Shown: positions 63,812 to 64,000 of the stretch, one piece after another | How the letters are laid out: every line of letters starts with the position of its first letter | Numbering within the stretch: position 1 is the stretch's first letter | From: Chitinophagaceae bacterium | GTDB taxonomy: Bacteria; Bacteroidota; Bacteroidia; Chitinophagales; Chitinophagaceae | DNA length: 64,000 bases | Reading direction: 5' to 3' | Assembly (NCBI GenBank): GCA_019638625.1 | Contig: JAHBTK010000001.1 | Span: forward strand, 237,434-301,433 | Notes under the pieces: generated by a model | What the model was told of the DNA's origin: nothing | The model's input: the letters and a program-made list of their open reading frames with translations, nothing else | Database searches by the model: none | Program-made: the position numbers and the translations under genes

Positions 63812-64000
63812 TTTTTAGTGATTGCCAGGTTATTAAAATCAGCCTTCCCGGTGTTAGAGTATTATTCGGGAATTCACCCGGTTTCCTGAATATAGGGGAT
63901 TTTTTGCAAAAGGAAGTTAAGTAAGTATTCCGAACCCTGGTCAGCAGGTTGATAAAAATGCAACAGGTACAAAGGGCTCGGAAGGCTCCTTCCTTCAAAA

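Overview
This 64-kb window looks like a Bacteroidota chromosome, possibly Chitinophagaceae or Sphingobacteriia. That guess rests only on gene content: a succinylornithine-type arg operon, a GldM_N-like protein, several DUF1080 proteins and rpoN. I found no rRNA, tRNA or CRISPR array.

Layout:
- 1-1.1 kb: a 5'-partial secreted-protein gene and a decayed RAYT/IS200-like element (E1).
- 2.0-9.2 kb: a propeller/Y_Y_Y histidine kinase and a LuxR-type response regulator, followed by three tandem paralogous outer-membrane beta-barrel proteins. Each paralog is preceded by the same 27-35 nt box.
- 9.3-11.5 kb: PhzF, a DHFR-like protein and a DUF1801 protein.
- 11.9-20.8 kb: an accessory mosaic that is AT-rich by eye. 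It holds a NERD protein, a B12-binding radical SAM protein, a HExxH protein, an AraC regulator with two paralogous membrane proteins, a DMP19/DUF4375-like protein and a GldM_N-like lipoprotein. Internally deleted copies of the transposon (E2, E3, E4) are interspersed among these genes.
- 21-64 kb: mostly housekeeping genes. These are dnaX, a PDH-type E2, rnhB, rpoN, an eight-gene arg operon (GNAT-argG-argC-argD-argF'-argB-argE-argH), gcvT, recQ, mqo, hpt, two LOG paralogs flanking a sodium:solute symporter, and three DUF1080 proteins.

Most notable non-obvious signals:
- An A10 run in dnaX is followed at once by TGA stops in both alternative frames, making it a candidate tau/gamma recoding site.
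- The two-component system and the triplicated barrel proteins with their boxes form a candidate regulon.
- The HUH-transposon relics form a nested deletion series with hairpin ends.
- A 16/17-nt direct repeat brackets a 2.2-kb low-GC segment.
- Heptad-periodic GAAAAT/TGGAAA tracts follow three stop codons, and one of them seeds a 182-bp tandem duplication.
- A 483-bp battery of hairpins splits argE from argH.
- A strong minus-strand terminator has no gene upstream of it.

All functional calls come from reading the translated ORFs and the DNA by eye. No searches or computations were run.
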